Shown here: in pieces, positions 40,504 to 45,156 of the stretch
How the letters are laid out: the number at the start of each line of letters is the position of its first letter
How positions within the stretch are numbered: position 1 is the stretch's first letter
NCBI GenBank assembly: GCA_964366905.1
Contig: CAYIVQ010000001.1
Coordinates: 1 to 45,156 of the forward strand
Origin: an uncultured Candidatus Saccharibacteria bacterium
GTDB lineage: Bacteria > Patescibacteriota > Minisyncoccia > GWC2-36-17 > WO2-46-25
Direction of reading: 5' to 3'
DNA length: 45,156 nucleotides
The notes under the pieces: generated by a model
What the model saw: only the letters and a program-made list of their open reading frames with translations
Databases searched by the model: none
What the model was told of the DNA's origin: nothing
Program-made: the position numbers and the translations under genes

Positions 40504-43170
40504 ATGAAACAAACTTTACTACCATTAATACTAATTGCGGTTTTATTTCCATTATTTACGCAAGCAGGAACATACTCTGATTCCGATGTTCCTCTGATTT
40601 TGCCGCGGTCAGTTTGGGAAAATACCGCCGATATGGTTAAACTGCTTGACTGGCTCCCGGAAGATAAAAATGGGACTTCAACTGCCGATGACAATCCGAA
40701 CAGCAATGACGCCATTCCGGATTACGCACCGATTGAAAGAATTGTAATCCACGACACCGGCTGTTCGCCAAAAAATAGCACCTGTAATAATGATAATGTC
40801 GATGAAAAGGCGATCATACAGAGCATCTACCGCAATCATGCGAAAACTCGCGGATGGGGCGATATCGGCTATCATTACATAATCGACCGCAAAGGAAATA
40901 TTTATGAGGCGCGGTTCGGCGGCAATGGCGTTCGCGGAGCGCATATTTACGACAGCAAAAACTGCCGCAATTTCAATGTAGGCACAATCGGCATCACAGT
41001 GCTTGGAAACTACGACTATTCACAGGCGCCGGAGCCCGCTTTTGTCGCGCTCGCTCAATTAACCGGTTGGCTTTCTGCCGCCAATGGAATTGATGCCGGA
41101 GCGACCGCGAAAACTTCTGTCGTTTGGGGGAATCCAAAAGTTAACGGCAATGGGAAATGCGACCTGAACTACGGCAGTTTTTCCTCGTCATTTACCGGAC
41201 CGGTTGTCTTAGGGCACAACGAAATTGAGCTGGCAAATTCCGATCCCGGCAAAAATTTTGACATGAACCGTCTGCGTGCGGAAGCAAAAAAATGGCAAGA
41301 TAAATATCAGTCTTATCTTTATCAAGAAAAAGGCAATAGCGCGGTAATGGAAATTAAAGGCGGGACAATGAAAAAAATTGCCGAATCGCCATCCGCGCTC
41401 GAAGCAGGTATTCAGCCAAAAATTATAAGCATCAACAGTTCTCAACTGTTTTTATTCCCTGAAGAAAATACCGTTAAACTTCCTGAAGGCAGTTTGGTAA
41501 AATCACGAAATAGACCGGAAATTTTCTTGATTGAAAACGGCAAAAGACGGCATATCGTCTCCGCGGCTCTATTCAATAAATTCGGCTTTATGCTTTCACA
41601 AGTCAAGGTATTATCCGACCGCGAATTGATGGGATATTCCGCCGGCGAATCATTGACTTATCCGGACGACACTCTGCTTGGCGTTAAATCAAACGGGAAA
41701 ACTTATTTGATCAAGAACGGAGGAAAACGGCATATCATATCGCAAAAAGCATTTAGACAAAACGGATTCAAAGAGAAAAACATTACTTGGGTCCAGCAAG
41801 AAGAAATTGATTCTTTGCAGGACAACGGAATCGTCGGTTTGCCGGAAGGAACTCTGGTGTCTTTAAGTAACAGCGCCAAAGCTCCAAATTACATAATAAT
41901 GGATGGTGGCAGGAAGTTAATCCCTTCATGGGAAATGTTCAATCTCTGGAAACTCAAGCGCAATAAAATATCGCTGATAGCCAAAAAAGATTTTGAAATG
42001 TATCCGGATAAAGGCGTTCTTTCATATCCCAACGGCACATTAATAACACAATCCGGCAAACCGGAAATGTATCTTGTGCATGCCGGAATAAAATATTGGG
42101 TATCAAACTATGAGACATTTAAAAAGCTGGGGTTGAACGCGGCAAAAACGGTTAAATTAAGCGCGGGAGAATTGAATAATTATCCGCGCGGGAAAGAAAT
42201 CACCACGGGGGATGATTGGCAAAAAATATTAAACCCCGCGGCTTTCGCAAAAACGCAATACGTTTTAGCAGTTGCTCCTGATAACAAAACTGCCGTAGCG
42301 CAAACGCAATCAACCTCAACTACCGATTTAATTATTAGAGTAGGACTATTTGAAGTCGGCGAAAAAGAAAATGTTTCCATAACCGCGGATAAAGACTTCA
42401 CTGTTTCCTCCGCGAAAATCGCAACTAAAAATCATAAAGCCGGAGAAACGGCGGAAATCAATTGGAATGAATCCGGCGATGCTAAACTTATATCAGATGC
42501 CGCGATTTTTACCATAAAAAGCCATGAGGCATGGAATTGGAATAAATCGGTGAATTTTAACAGTTATCGCGGATCGCTGGAGCTTGCGCGTTCGCCAAAA
42601 ACAGGCAAAATTTGGCTAATCAATCAGCTCCCACTTGAACAATATTTGCGAGGAATAGGAGAGGCGCTTAACTCCGACCCAGCAGAATATCAAAAAGCGT
42701 TTGTCATCGCCTCAAGAAGCTACGCGATGTTCCATCTGCAAAATGGCGGAAAATACGGTAAGGAAGAGATATTTCATCTGAATAATTCTTCTTCCGACCA
42801 AGTATATAAAGGCTACGCGTGGGAAAATTACGCGCCGCTTCTACCAAAAGCGGTTGAAGCAACAACCGGGGAAGTAATGAAATACAATAACAAAATCGCT
42901 AGGTCTGTTTACTCTTCAGATTCAGGCGGAATAACGAAAAACGCTTGTTCTTATTTCGGCAAAGAATTCTGCACTCCGGACTACGGATATTTAGCCGGAG
43001 GAGTCAAAGATCCTGAAGGAACAATCCGCCGAGACGCGGCGTCAATTAAGGCAAGCCACGGCGTTGGCATGAGCGCCACCGGCGCCCGTCGTCTTGCTCA
43101 ACTTGGGAAAAATTATCAGGAAGTATTGAAATACTATTATAAAGATATAACGATAGAAAAGATTTATTGA
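40504..43170 (+). CDS. secreted multidomain peptidoglycan hydrolase (Amidase_2/PGRP + four ~60-aa repeats + SpoIID/LytB domain)
   Basis: Signal peptide. IVIHDTG...GWGDIGYHYIIDRKGNIYEARFGG...TIGITVLGNY. Repeats P[ED]G[ST]L[VI]x7-10[YF]LIxNGxxRHI. C-terminal LEQYLRGIGEA...SSSDQVYKGY...SVYSSDSGG. Confidence 0.8.
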   Translation: MKQTLLPLILIAVLFPLFTQAGTYSDSDVPLILPRSVWENTADMVKLLDWLPEDKNGTSTADDNPNSNDAIPDYAPIERIVIHDTGCSPKNSTCNNDNVDEKAIIQSIYRNHAKTRGWGDIGYHYIIDRKGNIYEARFGGNGVRGAHIYDSKNCRNFNVGTIGITVLGNYDYSQAPEPAFVALAQLTGWLSAANGIDAGATAKTSVVWGNPKVNGNGKCDLNYGSFSSSFTGPVVLGHNEIELANSDPGKNFDMNRLRAEAKKWQDKYQSYLYQEKGNSAVMEIKGGTMKKIAESPSALEAGIQPKIISINSSQLFLFPEENTVKLPEGSLVKSRNRPEIFLIENGKRRHIVSAALFNKFGFMLSQVKVLSDRELMGYSAGESLTYPDDTLLGVKSNGKTYLIKNGGKRHIISQKAFRQNGFKEKNITWVQQEEIDSLQDNGIVGLPEGTLVSLSNSAKAPNYIIMDGGRKLIPSWEMFNLWKLKRNKISLIAKKDFEMYPDKGVLSYPNGTLITQSGKPEMYLVHAGIKYWVSNYETFKKLGLNAAKTVKLSAGELNNYPRGKEITTGDDWQKILNPAAFAKTQYVLAVAPDNKTAVAQTQSTSTTDLIIRVGLFEVGEKENVSITADKDFTVSSAKIATKNHKAGETAEINWNESGDAKLISDAAIFTIKSHEAWNWNKSVNFNSYRGSLELARSPKTGKIWLINQLPLEQYLRGIGEALNSDPAEYQKAFVIASRSYAMFHLQNGGKYGKEEIFHLNNSSSDQVYKGYAWENYAPLLPKAVEATTGEVMKYNNKIARSVYSSDSGGITKNACSYFGKEFCTPDYGYLAGGVKDPEGTIRRDAASIKASHGVGMSATGARRLAQLGKNYQEVLKYYYKDITIEKIY

Positions 43171-43174
43171 AACA

Positions 43175-44101
43175 ATGAATAATTTCCCAAAAGTCAGTAT
43201 TATAATCGTCAATTACAACGGCATTGATGACACGCTTGAATGTCTGAATTCACTCAAAAGCTTAGGTTATCCTAATTGCGAGGTGATTGTAATTGATAAC
43301 GCTTCACGAGACGCGAGCTCCGCGTTAAATAAAATCTATAATGATTTCCCGAATGTAAAAATAATTTCTTTGGGACAAAATCTCGGTTTTGCCGGAGGCA
43401 ATAATGTTGGAATAGATTACGCGCTCAAACAACAAAAAGCGGAATATGTATTATTACTTAATAATGATACGATAGTCGCGCCGGACTTTTTAAAAAAAAT
43501 GGTGGGAGCAGGGGAGTCAGATAAAAAAATCGGCATCGTGGGAGCAAAAATTTATTATCATAGCGATCCGACGCGAATTTGGTATAATGGCGGATATTTT
43601 AGCTGGACTGACGGAGGCAAACATAAAGAATGCGGCCAAATTGACGCGAATCCTAACGACGCAAAAATCAAACCGACAAATTTCATTACCGGATGCGCTA
43701 TGCTCGTTAAAGCGGAAACAATATTGAATATCGGCTTAATGGACGAGAGTTTTTTTATGTATTACGAAGACATAGACTGGAGCCTGCGAGCGAAAGAAGC
43801 TGGTTATAAAATAGTAGTGGCAACAGGCGCTCATATTTGGCATAAAGTTTCCCGCTCTGCCATAAAAATGGGCGGGCCGAAAAGACATTATTATCACATC
43901 AGAAACGCTTTGTTTTTTGCCAAAAAACACGCTTCGCCGATGACTTTAAAAATATTGATATTGTGGAGCCGATATTATTATTTTAAACAAATAATCAAAT
44001 CGGTTTTACTACCATCAAAAAAAGAAATTTCTCAAATGATTATGCTTGGCATTAAAGATTTTAACCGAAAAAGATTCGGCGAGCTAAAAAATGATTTATG
44101 A
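43175..44101 (+). CDS. family 2 glycosyltransferase
   Basis: VSIIIVNYNG, VIVIDNAS, GFAGGNN, LLNNDT, FFMYYEDIDW. Confidence 0.87.
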   Translation: MNNFPKVSIIIVNYNGIDDTLECLNSLKSLGYPNCEVIVIDNASRDASSALNKIYNDFPNVKIISLGQNLGFAGGNNVGIDYALKQQKAEYVLLLNNDTIVAPDFLKKMVGAGESDKKIGIVGAKIYYHSDPTRIWYNGGYFSWTDGGKHKECGQIDANPNDAKIKPTNFITGCAMLVKAETILNIGLMDESFFMYYEDIDWSLRAKEAGYKIVVATGAHIWHKVSRSAIKMGGPKRHYYHIRNALFFAKKHASPMTLKILILWSRYYYFKQIIKSVLLPSKKEISQMIMLGIKDFNRKRFGELKNDL

Positions 44102-45156
44102 TAAGAGTCGGTTTTGAATGCGAACAATTGGAGGGAAATAGGTTTGGAGTGGGGCATACTCTCGCCCAGCTTTTGGAAGTGTTCGCGCAAATTCCGGAGA
44201 TAGAAAAACAATTCCGGTTTGTTTTACATTTCAAAAAAGAAATCCCGAAAGATAATTTTTTATCGCATCCGGTTTTTGAAAAAAGAATTTTAACAGGAGG
44301 GATAATCCCGCCCAGTTTTAATGTTTTCTATCATATCCTTATTCCGATTGCGTATTGGCGCGATAAACTAGACTTATACTTTTTCCCTTCATACATGCTA
44401 CCGGCGTTTTTTGTCGGCAAATCTATCGTTGTGCTGACCAATGATGTTTATTGGGAAGCGCATCATAGCAATCTTCCATTCAAATACCGCTTAGCTTACA
44501 GATTATTTTGCTGGTGGGCGGCAAAACGAGCCGATAAGATTTTGACTATTTCGGAATTTTCCGCCAGTGAATTGCGAAAGTTTTATAATATTTCCCGCGA
44601 AAAAATCTTTGTGAACTCATGGGGATTGGAAAAAATATTTCAAGAACTACCTAAAGACGAAAAATATCTCTCGGAAATTCAAAAAATTAAAATCCAATTT
44701 GGCATTGAGAATAAATTCTTCCTTTCCATTGGTCAAGCGTTCCCGCGCAGACATATTAAAGAAGCAATGCTCGCGTTCGCTTCAATCGCGAATCAATATT
44801 CGGACACGCAATATCTTGTCACCGCTACTGACAAATATGAACCGCCTATATTGGAGAATTTAGTCAAAGAAATCAACCAAAAAGCCGGCAGACGAGCGAT
44901 TATTTACGTCAAATATCTTGATCGAAAAATATTGCCGCATTTGATGAACGAAACGCTCGCGCTGATTTACGTTTCCGATAAAGAAGCGCTCGGCCTGCCG
45001 CCGCTTGAAGCGCTCGCTTGCGGCCGTCCGGCGATCGTGAAAGACAACGAGATCTCGCGCGAACTTTTCGGCGAGCAAGGATATTTCGTTGCAGATACAA
45101 ACAACCCGCGAACGCAGAGAGCGGAGCAGTCACCGTATGATGGCAACCCGCGAACG
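44098..45156 (+). CDS. GT4 (GT-B fold) glycosyltransferase, 3' end beyond the window
   Basis: Not in the ORF track because no stop is reached. ATG at 44098 overlaps the upstream TGA. My own translation gives MIRVGFECEQLEGNRFGVGH...SDKEALGLPPLEALACGRPAIV (E-x7-E type motif), then runs into the 42-nt repeats. Confidence 0.78.
   Translation, partial: MIRVGFECEQLEGNRFGVGHTLAQLLEVFAQIPEIEKQFRFVLHFKKEIPKDNFLSHPVFEKRILTGGIIPPSFNVFYHILIPIAYWRDKLDLYFFPSYMLPAFFVGKSIVVLTNDVYWEAHHSNLPFKYRLAYRLFCWWAAKRADKILTISEFSASELRKFYNISREKIFVNSWGLEKIFQELPKDEKYLSEIQKIKIQFGIENKFFLSIGQAFPRRHIKEAMLAFASIANQYSDTQYLVTATDKYEPPILENLVKEINQKAGRRAIIYVKYLDRKILPHLMNETLALIYVSDKEALGLPPLEALACGRPAIVKDNEISRELFGEQGYFVADTNNPRTQRAEQSPYDGNPRT
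45103..45156 (+). repeat. intragenic GC-rich repeat, tandem units (second truncated by the window edge)
   Basis: 45103-45144 is AACCCGCGAACGCAGAGAGCGGAGCAGTCACCGTATGATGGC. It restarts at 45145. Read as NPRTQRAEQSPYDG-NPRT. Confidence 0.85.

Overview
This is an AT-rich, tightly packed bacterial window. Its gene content and style (short DnaX, compact housekeeping genes, a SWIB-domain protein, PaaX-like regulator, a large multidomain cell-wall hydrolase) look like a Candidate Phyla Radiation / Patescibacteria-type genome; that placement is inference. About 42 CDS and one tRNA-Gln are supported. They include recG, a GGDEF cyclase, and a long overlapping operon scpA-scpB-DD-carboxypeptidase-mraY-amidohydrolase-ftsW-murG-dnaX. 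Others are an ABC-F ATPase, dus, rnr, csp, an MsbA-like exporter, obg, a CPA1 antiporter, def-fmt, priA and a cell-envelope glycosyltransferase cluster. A small decayed accessory islet follows the tRNA (HTH-Panacea antitoxin plus toxin, methylase remnant, M48 hydrolase, GIY-YIG). An RHH/RelE pair sits next to a gene remnant.

The interesting signal is in repeat families rather than in any one gene:

1. A GC-rich repeat of 42 nt (with a nested 114 nt form) is almost free of stop codons. It occurs 10 times at 8 loci, always inside coding sequence and always co-oriented with the host gene. It is read in two different frames, and in the third frame it donates a stop codon. This is an RPE-like intragenic element.
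2. A 132-bp MITE-like element has 16-bp perfect terminal inverted repeats and 7-bp target duplications. There are two identical intergenic copies, one decayed copy translated inside an ABC permease gene, and fragments elsewhere.
3. Very long perfect palindromes (58 bp and 42 bp) are present, and two related ones bracket a PaaX-like gene.
4. Period-7 repeat motifs are embedded in frame three times in fmt and at the def/fmt junction.

No transposase, integrase, CRISPR array or rRNA is visible. No database search was possible, so novelty claims are untested.
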